A stretch of DNA of 64,000 bases from Clostridia bacterium (GTDB lineage Bacteria; Bacillota; Clostridia; Oscillospirales; CAG-272), in NCBI GenBank assembly GCA_017464805.1, contig JAFTYE010000010.1:75047-139046 (forward strand). Direction: 5' to 3'. Under the pieces are notes generated by a model. It did not search any database. It was not told the origin of the DNA and worked only from the letters and a program-made list of their open reading frames with translations. The position numbers and the translations under genes are program-made. Of the stretch, positions 18,101-26,668 are shown one piece after another. The stretch's first letter is position 1. Each line of letters begins with the position of its first letter.

Positions 18101-19480
18101 ATGAAAGACCTGTCTTCTGTATTGCCCGCAAAGAAAATCACGTTGATTCAGACCGTCGTGTGCTTTGCCCTGATCCTAGTCATCTGCTTTATGAGCTTTG
18201 GTACCATCTTCTCGCTCAGCTATGACTTCGATGCCGACATGCTGGATATGATCTGCGAAGCGTTCTACGAAATCTTTGGCGATGAGGCCAACGACGTTAT
18301 CGAGACTATCCGGGAAAATGAGCACGTCCAGATCGACGTCAGCCTGCCGTTCCTCATGGATTCGGCATCCTCTATCACGGATATCGTGGATGCGATCGCC
18401 AACGCCGCCGAGGGCGGTGCCACCGATCCCGAGACCGCTATCGGTGATATTGCCGACAAGCTCGCTTCGCCCGACTTCGTGAACTTCGTCATCTTCATTA
18501 TCCTTCTTGTGATGTCCTTCACAAGCAACGCACTGGTCGGCTTTTGCAACCTGCTCCTGCTCATCATGGTCATCGCGGTGCCGCTGACCGCCATTATTTC
18601 CGCGATCCGCGCCGTCTTCGGCCTGCTCCTCAACCTCAAGGATATCGGCAACGCCTTCCATAAGATCTCGCGTGCGTTCTTCTCGATCATCTCCATCTTC
18701 CCGCTGGTGTTCCTGGTTATGATCGTTGTTCCCAAGGTTCAGCTTGGCGGTGCTACCTACGGCATCATCGCCCTGTGCGCCGTCGGCATCCTTCTCAACC
18801 TCGTTGCTTCCCGCCTCAAGCACTATGAGAGCGAGGATTTCAAGTACATCAACATCCTGCAACTTTCCATGCTCGGCGGTCTTGTCGGCTACGTTCTCTA
18901 TCTCTTCAACATCATGAAGTCCGAGATCATCAACGCCGTCTATTCCGCGGTGGGTGCTGACGCCCTTGACCAGGCAGGCGACCTCATCTCGGGTGCTGAA
19001 AAGGAATTCGACTTCCTGCCCCTGATTCTCTCGTTCGTTTTGATCATTCTGATCTTTGCCGCTGTGGATAATCTCACCAAGATCATCACCCGCTTTGCCT
19101 GCATGGGCAAGAGCCACTCCGATCTCAACATCCGCGGTGCGGTTACCAGCCTTCTCACGGCGATCCTGCCCTTCGTGATGATGGCTCTTGATATCGGCTT
19201 CGAGATCGGCGAGGAACAGATGCCCGCCTTCATCATCTCGGTTGTTGGCCTCGCCATCATGGCAGCCGCCGAGATCGTGCTGGCCGTTCTGCCTCAGCAG
19301 ATCTGCCCCACCGTTACCGCCGTTCGCCGTCAGGAGATCGTAACGGGTGCGTACATCTACGTTGACCCAGCCGAGGCAGCAGCAGCCGAGGCTGCCGCCG
19401 TTCCCGCTGCCGCAGCAGAGGAAGCTGCCCCCGTCGTTGAGGAAGCTCCTGCCGAAGAAGAAGTCTCTGCCGCAGAATAA
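18101..19480 (+). CDS. Hypothetical polytopic membrane protein with acidic Ala/Glu-rich C-terminal tail
   Basis: Start at ATG 18101 (MKDLSSVLPAKK), preceded by AGGGAGAA. About 9-10 predicted TM helices. I recognise no domain. Confidence 0.7.
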   Translation: MKDLSSVLPAKKITLIQTVVCFALILVICFMSFGTIFSLSYDFDADMLDMICEAFYEIFGDEANDVIETIRENEHVQIDVSLPFLMDSASSITDIVDAIANAAEGGATDPETAIGDIADKLASPDFVNFVIFIILLVMSFTSNALVGFCNLLLLIMVIAVPLTAIISAIRAVFGLLLNLKDIGNAFHKISRAFFSIISIFPLVFLVMIVVPKVQLGGATYGIIALCAVGILLNLVASRLKHYESEDFKYINILQLSMLGGLVGYVLYLFNIMKSEIINAVYSAVGADALDQAGDLISGAEKEFDFLPLILSFVLIILIFAAVDNLTKIITRFACMGKSHSDLNIRGAVTSLLTAILPFVMMALDIGFEIGEEQMPAFIISVVGLAIMAAAEIVLAVLPQQICPTVTAVRRQEIVTGAYIYVDPAEAAAAEAAAVPAAAAEEAAPVVEEAPAEEEVSAAE

Positions 19481-19495
19481 TTAGGAAGAATAGAA

Positions 19496-19519
19496 GGCGC
19501 CGCATCGCGGCGCCTTTTT
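19496..19519 (+). terminator. Intrinsic terminator
   Basis: GGCGCCGC-ATC-GCGGCGCC followed by TTTTT. Confidence 0.8.
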
Positions 19520-19536
19520 CCTTCTCCCTTCATATC

Positions 19537-19565
19537 TTGACAGAGAAGGGATCATGTGGTAGAAT
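19537..19565 (+). promoter_or_regulatory. Promoter of the small lipoprotein gene
   Basis: TTGACA (19537-19542), 17 nt, TAGAAT (19560-19565), with TGg extension. Confidence 0.6.
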
Positions 19566-19603
19566 ATCTTCATCCGAAGAAGACATTCTAATCATGAGGC
19601 CAT

Positions 19604-19948
19604 ATGATGAAGAAACGAATGCTATACACGCTGATACTCCTGGCTGCTGTTTTGTTGGTAGCCTGTCAAGGCGGCGGGGAAGGGGACGGCATGAACGACG
19701 ATTTTCGTATGACCGCCACCGTCCAATCGGTCGGCGACAAAATACAGGTCGATGTCGTGGAAGCGGAATATACCTCGGGCATCCATTGGGTCATCACGGC
19801 CGCGGAAACCGAATTCATCGGACAAAACGGTAAGCCCATCGACCGCGCGGATCTTCGCCCCGGCGATACGGTCGAGATCCGATACAGCGGCCAGGTCATG
19901 ATGAGCTATCCGCCCCAGATCGTTGCCGCCCGTATCACAGTCTTATAA
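19604..19948 (+). CDS. Small lipoprotein (possibly DUF3221/YobA-like)
   Basis: 114 aa. Signal peptide with lipobox LLVAC|QGGG. The beta-rich mature part is about 90 aa. Confidence 0.7.
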   Translation: MMKKRMLYTLILLAAVLLVACQGGGEGDGMNDDFRMTATVQSVGDKIQVDVVEAEYTSGIHWVITAAETEFIGQNGKPIDRADLRPGDTVEIRYSGQVMMSYPPQIVAARITVL

Positions 19949-19952
19949 ATGC

Positions 19953-19984
19953 AAGGCAGAGCATCGCTCTGTCTTGTCTTTTTT
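19953..19984 (+). terminator. Intrinsic terminator
   Basis: AAGGCAGAGC-ATC-GCTCTGTCTT followed by GTCTTTTTT. Confidence 0.7.
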
Positions 19985-20037
19985 GAACAGAACGACTTCG
20001 ATTCGCATACACTGTCAAAAAAGATAGGGGGAATACC

Positions 20038-20529
20038 GTGAACAGAGAGAACCGTTATCCGAATTTTCTTCGCCTCTGCCGTCAAAGACCCGGGGCATTG
20101 GCCATTGTACGGGGAAGTGTCGACTACCCCGATGTTTTCGGGGTCGTGCGCTTTTACAGCACACCGTACGGTGTGCTGGTGGTGACGGAGATCGAAGGAC
20201 TCCCACAAGGCAACGGTCCTTGCGATTCGCCGATCTTTGCCTTTCATATTCATGAGGGTGCATCCTGCACAGGGAACGATAGCGACCCGTTTGCCAACGT
20301 CCGTATGCACTACAATCCTCATTCTTGTGCACACCCATACCACGCGGGTGACTTACCTCCCCTCTTCGGAGCGGGCGGCTATGTCTTCTCCGCCTGCCTG
20401 ACCAATCGCTTTTCGTTAAACGACGTCATCGGCAAAACGGTCGTGATCCATGCCTCGCTTGATGATTTTACTACCCAGCCTGCGGGTAACGCCGGCACAA
20501 AGATCGCCTGCGGCGAAATACAGGGTTAA
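20038..20529 (+). CDS. sodC: Cu/Zn superoxide dismutase family protein without a signal peptide
   Basis: GTG start after AGGGGGAA. FHIHE..., MHYNPH..., YHAGDLP, VVIHA and GNAGTKIACGEI retain all Cu and Zn ligands and both disulfide cysteines. Confidence 0.85.
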   Translation: MNRENRYPNFLRLCRQRPGALAIVRGSVDYPDVFGVVRFYSTPYGVLVVTEIEGLPQGNGPCDSPIFAFHIHEGASCTGNDSDPFANVRMHYNPHSCAHPYHAGDLPPLFGAGGYVFSACLTNRFSLNDVIGKTVVIHASLDDFTTQPAGNAGTKIACGEIQG

Positions 20530-20548
20530 AAAGCGGCATCGCTTCCTA

Positions 20549-20577
20549 TTGACAGGAGAGCGTGAATGTGCTATGAT
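20549..20577 (+). promoter_or_regulatory. Promoter of the GNAT/flavin-reductase pair
   Basis: TTGACA (20549-20554), 17 nt, TATGAT (20572-20577), with TGc extension. Confidence 0.6.
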
Positions 20578-20621
20578 AAAACATATAATGGCGTCAAAAA
20601 GCCAAAACGGAGGGAACAATC

Positions 20622-21146
20622 GTGTCAGGTGTCAAGGAGCGTGCGGAATACAAATACCGTCGAGCCACCGCTGCCGATCTTGTCCGTATTTGGGATAAAA
20701 GCATAGCCTCCAATGCGGATGATTCCCGTTACCCCATGTGGAAGGAGCTGTATATCCGCTATAACGAAAGCGGCATGGCGCAGACCTACGTCGTTCTCTG
20801 TAACGGCGACCCCGTGGGAGAGGGAACCTTGCTCTTTTCACCCGACTGCCGCGCCGTGCGCGGTCGGCTGTTCCTTTCGGATGGCAAGAGCCTTGCCAAC
20901 GTCAACGCTCTGCGTATCGAAAAGGCGCATGAGGGGCAAGGACACATCTCGCGTCTTATGCGCCTTGCGGAGCAGGATGCAGCCGAGCGCGGCATCACCG
21001 CGCTGACCATCGGCGTCGAGGCAAGGGAGACGCGTAACCTCGCCATCTATCTGCATCTGGGATACACCCGCTTCGTCGCCTCCGAAATAGAGGACGGCGA
21101 GTTGGTCCTATACTATGAGAAAAAACTAAAAGGAGAACAAGCATGA
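20622..21146 (+). CDS. GNAT family N-acetyltransferase
   Basis: 174 aa. LRIEKAHEGQGHISRLMRLAEQDAAERG is an acetyl-CoA-binding motif-A-like Q/RxxGxG/A segment. Confidence 0.8.
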   Translation: MSGVKERAEYKYRRATAADLVRIWDKSIASNADDSRYPMWKELYIRYNESGMAQTYVVLCNGDPVGEGTLLFSPDCRAVRGRLFLSDGKSLANVNALRIEKAHEGQGHISRLMRLAEQDAAERGITALTIGVEARETRNLAIYLHLGYTRFVASEIEDGELVLYYEKKLKGEQA

Positions 21147-21697
21147 AAAAAAGCCTTGGTGCAAGAGCTATGTTGTACCCCATGCCCGTGCTTATCATCG
21201 GCTCGTATGATGAAAACGGCATCCCCAACGCCATGAACGCCGCGTGGGGCGGCATCTCGGAGGAAACGGAGATTTCCATCTGTGTGTCTGCCGACCACAA
21301 GACCACCGAAAACATCCTGAAAACGGGTGCCTTCACTGTCAGCGTCGCGGATACCGAGAACGTCATCGCCGCCGACTACGTCGGTATCGTTTCTGCAAAT
21401 GATGTGCCCGACAAGATCGCAAGATGCGGCTGGCACGCCGAAAAAAGTGAGGATGTTAACGCCCCACTCTTTGCGGAGCTCCCCTTCGCCCTCGCCTGTA
21501 AGCTGATCTCCTATGATGAAGAGAGCTGCCGTCTTGTGGGAGAGATCGTCAATATCACCGCCGACGAGCGCATCCTCACCGACGGGAAGATCGACCTCGC
21601 CAAATTCAACCCCATCACCTATGACCCCTCGGGCCACGGCTACGTCGCCCTTGGCAAACAGGTCGGCCGTGCCTTCTCGGACGGCAAAAAGATCTGA
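21143..21697 (+). CDS. Flavin reductase family (flavoredoxin-like) protein
   Basis: 184 aa. YPMPVLIIGSYDENGIPNAMNAAWGG is the typical FMN-binding split-barrel N-terminus. Overlaps the GNAT gene by 4 nt. Confidence 0.8.
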   Translation: MKKSLGARAMLYPMPVLIIGSYDENGIPNAMNAAWGGISEETEISICVSADHKTTENILKTGAFTVSVADTENVIAADYVGIVSANDVPDKIARCGWHAEKSEDVNAPLFAELPFALACKLISYDEESCRLVGEIVNITADERILTDGKIDLAKFNPITYDPSGHGYVALGKQVGRAFSDGKKI

Positions 21698-21700
21698 AAG

Positions 21701-21733
21701 AAAAATGGTTGAGCATCGCTCAACCATTTTTTT
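21701..21733. terminator. Bidirectional intrinsic terminator
   Basis: AAAAATGGTTGAGC-ATC-GCTCAACCATTTTTTT. Overlaps the last codons of the minus-strand gene. Confidence 0.8.
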
Positions 21734-22286
21734 CATGTTCTTCGTGTACGATCGGCAAGGAACAGATCGCACATGCCTTTGCATGGCTTGGTGGGAAAAT
21801 CGCACCGCACCACGGACAAACGTAAAGCTCCTTCCCGGGATCGAGAAACGCAGGTGCGGCAAGTGAATGTGCGTACAGAATACGGTCCCCCACCTCAAAA
21901 ATTCCGTACAGGTCAATGCTTTTTAAGGGAAGCTGTCGTACGATGCCGTCCGTTTCCACCGCCAAAAAAGCAACTCTCGTGGGAACGAACCGGCCCCAGG
22001 GAAGGGCACCGGGCGGCGTCTTTAAGTGCGTTTTGGCCTCTTTTCCGACAATGACCCCTTCGTGTAGCGTTGAAAACACCCCTTTCAGCGAAAAACGGCG
22101 GTAAAGAATCCATAAAACGATACCGCCTCCAAGCTCCGCAAAGATAAAAACAAACTGCGCGGTGATGGTAAAATCCAAGGCCACCCACACAACAAGGGCC
22201 AATGTCCACAGGGCAAAGATTCCGTATACGATACCGGCACGTTTTTTTTGCGCACGCATACGTCGCCTTAATTCTTGGTGCTTCAA
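21720..22286 (-). CDS. Hypothetical membrane protein (2 TM) with C-terminal Cys4 zinc-ribbon
   Basis: TTG start at 22286, 8 nt after AGGAGG (alternative ATG at 22259). CPWC...CAIC at the C-terminus. Last gene of the MoxR operon. The longer tracked ORF overlaps the upstream gene and is rejected. Confidence 0.6.
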   Translation of the reverse strand: MKHQELRRRMRAQKKRAGIVYGIFALWTLALVVWVALDFTITAQFVFIFAELGGGIVLWILYRRFSLKGVFSTLHEGVIVGKEAKTHLKTPPGALPWGRFVPTRVAFLAVETDGIVRQLPLKSIDLYGIFEVGDRILYAHSLAAPAFLDPGKELYVCPWCGAIFPPSHAKACAICSLPIVHEEHEKNG

Positions 22287-22305
22287 GCTGCATCCCTCCT
22301 GCTTG

Positions 22306-23694
22306 TTAAAGATACATGCGCACGATCTGCAAAATGCGGGACAACACGCGTGCCGCATCCGGCACCTGCGCTCCATCGGGTGCGTAGGCGGCGATCTCAA
22401 AGGCTCGAGACAACTCCCGCCCGTCCTGCATGACGTTTTTCTTGATAAGGATCGCGGCAATCTCCTGCGGTGTGTGCGTGACCTGTATACCCATGTTCGC
22501 ACGGATCAGACAGTCGGTCATCACCCGATAGGCGTAAGAGATCTGCTTGCGCTCGCTCGGCAGCTTTTTCAGTTGGCGGCAGACCGCCTGATAATTGCTC
22601 GGGTAGATAAAGGCCTCCTTCGCTCGTGCCACGGGCTGGATATAGTCGGTATATTCTCGCTGTGCCTCGGTCTTGGGCGCGCTTTGCGCCTTGCTTTCCT
22701 GCACACGGCGCGAGAACCAAACGCTGACACGCAGAAAGAACTTTTCAAGCGCCCTCCGCAGGGCGGAATTCTTACGGGCAAGCAGAAGAACGACACCGAA
22801 CGGTATCGCCACAAGTCCCAGGAAGAAAAGCGTGAGATTGATAAACGGAATTTCCGTCGGGAAGGTGACGAACAGGACCAAAAAGACGGCATCCGGCGAG
22901 GAGCTTGCCCCGATACCTGCAAATAACAACCACAAAAGTGCCTGCCCCAGCACGTAAAGAACGGTTGCCACGGCAAGGAGCACCACAAACAAGAGGGTGC
23001 TCAAAAGCATCAAAAGCAGTGCTGACAGAAGGCTATGCGCCAGCATGCGGCCGCCCACGTGCACCGTGTCCGCCGTGCTTTGCAGTTTGGCAAGCCCCAG
23101 CTGATTCAGGCGGAATACGTAGGAAATGATGCAAACAAGAATCGATAGCACAAACAGGCATTCCAAAAGAACACTCTCGCGCGGCAACAGTACCGCGTAC
23201 ACGATGTAGAACGCTCCCACCTCGATCATGTGCTGAACCCCCGCGAGTGCCTGTGCACGCATGGCGGCAAGCGTTTGACCCCAGATCACCGCGATCACAA
23301 AGGAGAGGGAAAGCAGAACCGCACCGACCGTGGGATCGTATTGGTCGCTGATCCTCGTGTAAAAGGCCGAAAAGGGAAGTGAAAGTAGGATCCCCGCCGT
23401 AATCGACAGACAGTAGGAAAGGAAAGGGACACGACGCGGCAGATAGATGCGAGGGCTTGGATAAAAGTGCTCCTCGTGGCTTTCGCGGATATCTTTCTTG
23501 ATAAAAAGAATCTGTAAAAGGACGCCAATCGCCAAGAGAAACGGTGTTACAGCAAGGGAAAAAAGCAGGGTGTGTTCCTCGACAAGGAAACCGCAGAGCA
23601 GATGCACCACCAAAAAGGCAACGGGTGCCTCGCCCAGAATGGCGATCAGGCAAAACATCCAAGGCTTGTATTTATGTCGCTCGGTTTGCTTCAT
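22306..23694 (-). CDS. Polytopic membrane protein with C-terminal DUF4129-like domain
   Basis: ATG 23694 follows GGGAGGTG. Many TM helices. The C-terminus (YAYRVMTDCL...THTPQEIAA...AFEIAAYAPDG) resembles DUF4129, the usual MoxR/DUF58 partner. Confidence 0.7.
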   Translation of the reverse strand: MKQTERHKYKPWMFCLIAILGEAPVAFLVVHLLCGFLVEEHTLLFSLAVTPFLLAIGVLLQILFIKKDIRESHEEHFYPSPRIYLPRRVPFLSYCLSITAGILLSLPFSAFYTRISDQYDPTVGAVLLSLSFVIAVIWGQTLAAMRAQALAGVQHMIEVGAFYIVYAVLLPRESVLLECLFVLSILVCIISYVFRLNQLGLAKLQSTADTVHVGGRMLAHSLLSALLLMLLSTLLFVVLLAVATVLYVLGQALLWLLFAGIGASSSPDAVFLVLFVTFPTEIPFINLTLFFLGLVAIPFGVVLLLARKNSALRRALEKFFLRVSVWFSRRVQESKAQSAPKTEAQREYTDYIQPVARAKEAFIYPSNYQAVCRQLKKLPSERKQISYAYRVMTDCLIRANMGIQVTHTPQEIAAILIKKNVMQDGRELSRAFEIAAYAPDGAQVPDAARVLSRILQIVRMYL

Positions 23695-24871
23695 GATACA
23701 CCTCCCGATAGTCACCGCTCGGGTAACGAACGTACACGGTCACGCCTTTTTCCGGAATGCTTTCGTCGTTTTGGTAAGTCGTGGTGATGAAAAAGGCCGT
23801 TTCAACCCCGTGCTTTTGCATGTTCTCGGCAAATTGCAACATCCGTCGGTCAAGATAGGCCGACACGAAAGCCAGCTTGCCCCCGCGCGCATACACCCCG
23901 GGATCCGACAGGATCAGATCCAGCATTTTTTCGGTCTGCATGGACATCTCCATCGGAATGGCGGCCAGCATGCGGTAGGCGGCGGGCAGCTCATCCTGTC
24001 CGCAAAAATCACCGGAGCAGAAAAGTGCCCCTTCCTCCTCGGAACGCGTGTTCGCGTAAAGGGTGATCGGTACCTGCTCGGCCGCCGCGCTGTCCAGCAG
24101 GGAAGCGCAAATGCGGATACAGTCCTCAATATGGTCGGGACGGCTGATGGTTAGACCGCCGTGCGGCTCCATAATGCGCGACTGCATGTTCAGGATCACG
24201 TTGTATATGTCGGTCTTCTGATGATCGTATTCCTTGACCATCAGTTTGCCCTGCCGCGCACTGACCTTGAAGTGAATATCACGGAAGGTGTCGGATGCGG
24301 TATATTCCCGCGTGCTGCGGACAAGCGACCGCTCGGGCAAAAAGCCCTTCGATCGACTGTGGGAGCTTTGGTAAAAATCCTGTAAGGCAAAACCGCACAG
24401 CTTTTCCTCGGGGCGGGGCAGAATACGCAGTCTCGCATCCCCCTTCATCCGCTCGGAGATGGAAAGCATGCCAAATGGCTCCTCGGTGAGGAGCATCACG
24501 TCGCCAAATTGGTATTCGCCGCGATTCTCGCAGTACAGAAACCACGTCCGCGTTACCGAGGATTGGGCAGGCAGAAAAAACACACTGTCTACATGTGTGG
24601 ATCTTCGCTCGCCCTCCTTCCCGTCAGGCAGCAAAAACCAAAGTCCCGTAGGGAGCGTGGTCTCTACCTTCAAGCACGGGATCGGATAGGCGCGGTTGTT
24701 GGTGATGGTTTGAGAAAAGCTGACCGTTTCTCCGCCAAAACGCTCGTCGTGGCTTACCTTCACGGTATACGAGAGCCCCGAGAAGGCTTTTTTTCGAAAA
24801 TGGGCGAGGTACAGGCGATGCGTGAAATAACAGGCGGCACAAAACAGAAAAAATACAACGGCAATCTTCAT
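23672..24871 (-). CDS. DUF58 domain-containing protein
   Basis: 399 aa. N-terminal TM, then DIHFKVSARQGKLMVKEYD (DUF58 core motif). Directly downstream of moxR. Confidence 0.85.
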   Translation of the reverse strand: MKIAVVFFLFCAACYFTHRLYLAHFRKKAFSGLSYTVKVSHDERFGGETVSFSQTITNNRAYPIPCLKVETTLPTGLWFLLPDGKEGERRSTHVDSVFFLPAQSSVTRTWFLYCENRGEYQFGDVMLLTEEPFGMLSISERMKGDARLRILPRPEEKLCGFALQDFYQSSHSRSKGFLPERSLVRSTREYTASDTFRDIHFKVSARQGKLMVKEYDHQKTDIYNVILNMQSRIMEPHGGLTISRPDHIEDCIRICASLLDSAAAEQVPITLYANTRSEEEGALFCSGDFCGQDELPAAYRMLAAIPMEMSMQTEKMLDLILSDPGVYARGGKLAFVSAYLDRRMLQFAENMQKHGVETAFFITTTYQNDESIPEKGVTVYVRYPSGDYREVYHEANRAT

Positions 24872-24877
24872 GGCTGC

Positions 24878-25810
24878 TTACATCACGGGGGCGGGAACGG
24901 TGTTCAGCAGATAGCGGACAACGTCCTCGGCCGCCTCTGCCGTCTTGACGGAGCCGGATGCGGCGGTGGTGATGCGGTGGGCAAGGATCGGCACGGCAAG
25001 AGCCTTCACGTCGTCGGGGAGCACGAAATCACGCCCCTGCATAGCCGCCCAGGTCTGCGCGGCACGCGCAAAGGCAACCGTTCCGCGCGGGCTGACGCCC
25101 AGGCGGATCTGCGTGCTTTCTCTGGTGGCGCGGATCAGGCGAACGATATAATCCTGCACCTCACCGCTGATATGTACCGCGCGAATCTTTTCGCGGCATG
25201 CTTCCCATTCGTCGGAAGACATCACAGCAGAAAGAGCTTCCGTGCTCTCGCGGCGAAGCGTCTTTTCCACAATGCGAAGCTCGTCGGCGATTTCCGGATA
25301 ATGCATGGAAATGCAGAAGGTAAAGCGGTCAAGCTCTGCCTCCGGCAGGGGAAAGGTCCCCTGAAATTCCACGGGGTTCATGGTGGCGATCACAAAGAAG
25401 GGATCGGGCAGGGCAAGCGACTCCCCGTCCACGGTCGCCTGTCTCTCCTGCATACATTCAAGGAGCGCGGCCTGGGTGCGCGGCGTGGCGCGGTTGATCT
25501 CATCTGCCAGCAGAATGTTGGCAAAAACAGGACCGCGGCGCAGAATAAACTCGCCTTCCTTCGGGTTGTAGAAATTGATCCCCGTCACGTCGGAGGGGAG
25601 TAGATCGGGGGTGAATTGAATACGACGGAAGGAAAGCCCCAGCGAAAGCGAAAGCGCCTTGGCAAGCTCTGTCTTTCCCGTTCCGGGAACATCGCGGATG
25701 AGCAGATGCCCCTCGCTGAAGGCGGCACAAACGGCAAGGGCCTTGGCCTCCTCACAGCCGTAGATAACGCGGTCAAGATTTGCTTTGATCTTCTCGTATA
25801 TGGCTTTCAT
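24878..25810 (-). CDS. MoxR-family AAA+ ATPase
   Basis: 310 aa. [20 protein letters not shown] (Walker A), LLADEINRATP (Walker B), FTPDLLPSDVTG. Confidence 0.92.
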   Translation of the reverse strand: MKAIYEKIKANLDRVIYGCEEAKALAVCAAFSEGHLLIRDVPGTGKTELAKALSLSLGLSFRRIQFTPDLLPSDVTGINFYNPKEGEFILRRGPVFANILLADEINRATPRTQAALLECMQERQATVDGESLALPDPFFVIATMNPVEFQGTFPLPEAELDRFTFCISMHYPEIADELRIVEKTLRRESTEALSAVMSSDEWEACREKIRAVHISGEVQDYIVRLIRATRESTQIRLGVSPRGTVAFARAAQTWAAMQGRDFVLPDDVKALAVPILAHRITTAASGSVKTAEAAEDVVRYLLNTVPAPVM

Positions 25811-25843
25811 GGCTTTCTCCGATCATCTTATTAAATCAATATA

Positions 25844-25872
25844 ATGGTAGCATATCGTGTAAGAAATGTCAA
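25844..25872 (-). promoter_or_regulatory. Possible internal promoter ahead of moxR
   Basis: Minus strand: TTGACA (25872-25867), 17 nt, TACCAT (25849-25844). The -10 is weaker, and it overlaps the end of the upstream gene. Confidence 0.35.
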
Positions 25873-25874
25873 TC

Positions 25875-26438
25875 TTATTGCTGTTCGTTTCGAAGCAACA
25901 GGACACATTTCAAAAAGGACGTCAGTAGCATAACGGCAAGGAAAAAGAGTGTGGAGAGCAGGAGACCAAGCGGGGCAGAGTCGGTCGCACCGTAAAAGCC
26001 CGCATCGGCTATGTAGATCTTCTCGAAAAACGTGATGGTATCGTTCAGCGCAAGCCCGAAATTCGCAAAGAAAATGGCAAAAGGAATCTGCAGCACAAGG
26101 AAAAACAACGACCTCCACAGCCAATCTTTCAAAAACGTGCGGCAGAAATAGCCGATGAGGGAAGAGCCCTCCTCCTTCTGTGCCGTAACGATTTTCCGCC
26201 GCACCTCGTCGTGCGACATCTGCCCGCGCAGAACCCAGACAACGGCAACGATCGCCCAGAAAACGAGGTCAAAGATCAGAACCGTCGTGTAAGCCTCGCG
26301 GATCTCGCCGTAGTCAAAACGAGTCTTCAACATACTGGAAAGCGTGATGGAATAGAGAAAAAATGCCGCCGCGTGAAACATGACAAGTATACCCAGCCAC
26401 TTCACGCCGCTTCGAAACGAGCTTGGTGTGATCTTCAT
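25875..26438 (-). CDS. Hypothetical membrane protein (187 aa, ~5 TM)
   Basis: ATG 26438 (MKITPSSFRSG...), 6 nt after AGGAGG. The N-terminal extension in the ORF track would run through a terminator and is rejected. Confidence 0.7.
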   Translation of the reverse strand: MKITPSSFRSGVKWLGILVMFHAAAFFLYSITLSSMLKTRFDYGEIREAYTTVLIFDLVFWAIVAVVWVLRGQMSHDEVRRKIVTAQKEEGSSLIGYFCRTFLKDWLWRSLFFLVLQIPFAIFFANFGLALNDTITFFEKIYIADAGFYGATDSAPLGLLLSTLFFLAVMLLTSFLKCVLLLRNEQQ

Positions 26439-26454
26439 GATCGTTCCTCCTTCG

Positions 26455-26490
26455 AAAAATAAAAGGTGCGTCAACCGGAGTTGGCGCACC
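26455..26490 (-). terminator. Intrinsic terminator forming the expression platform of leader RNA copy A
   Basis: Minus strand: GGUGCGCCAAC-UCCG-GUUGACGCACC followed by UUUUAUUUUU. It ends ~10 nt before the RBS of the 187-aa membrane protein. Confidence 0.75.
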
Positions 26491-26508
26491 GAAAAACGCA
26501 AACTCCGC

Positions 26509-26664
26509 TTGCTGCTACACAAACTGAAACAGATCGGAAGTTGCCTTGCAATCACGCTTCGTGGAATTTGCGTTTTTGCCAATTTCAAAAACGCGATTGC
26601 GAAAAAGGGTAAACCTTCCCCATGCTGGGGATACCCCGATCTTATTATTCAGTTTGTGTAGCAA
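26509..26664 (-). ncRNA. Unclassified long-hairpin leader RNA, copy A
   Basis: A ~156-nt imperfect hairpin. The closing helix pairs UUGC-UACACAAACUGAA with UUCAGUUUGUGUA-(GCA bulge)-GCAA. Starts at the predicted TSS. Paralogous to 35015-35164. Confidence 0.6.
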
Positions 26665-26668
26665 CTTC

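Noticed and set aside
19496-19519. A recurrent GC-AUC-GC / GC-GAU-GC apex in many terminator hairpins. Examples are at 8581-8590, 11880-11887, 19502-19509, 19960-19967, 20534-20542, 21712-21720 and 31530-31547.
   Set aside because: This is probably a preference for a stable C-G-closed triloop in GC-rich terminators. The flanking stems are unrelated in sequence, so it is not a repeat family. I did not do a statistical test.
26509-26664. The A/B hairpins as MITEs, as transposon terminal inverted repeats, or as retron msr-msd.
   Set aside because: The interiors of the two copies have diverged almost completely while the structure is kept. I see no target-site duplication. No transposase or reverse transcriptase gene is nearby. 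Each copy is framed precisely by a promoter and a terminator.
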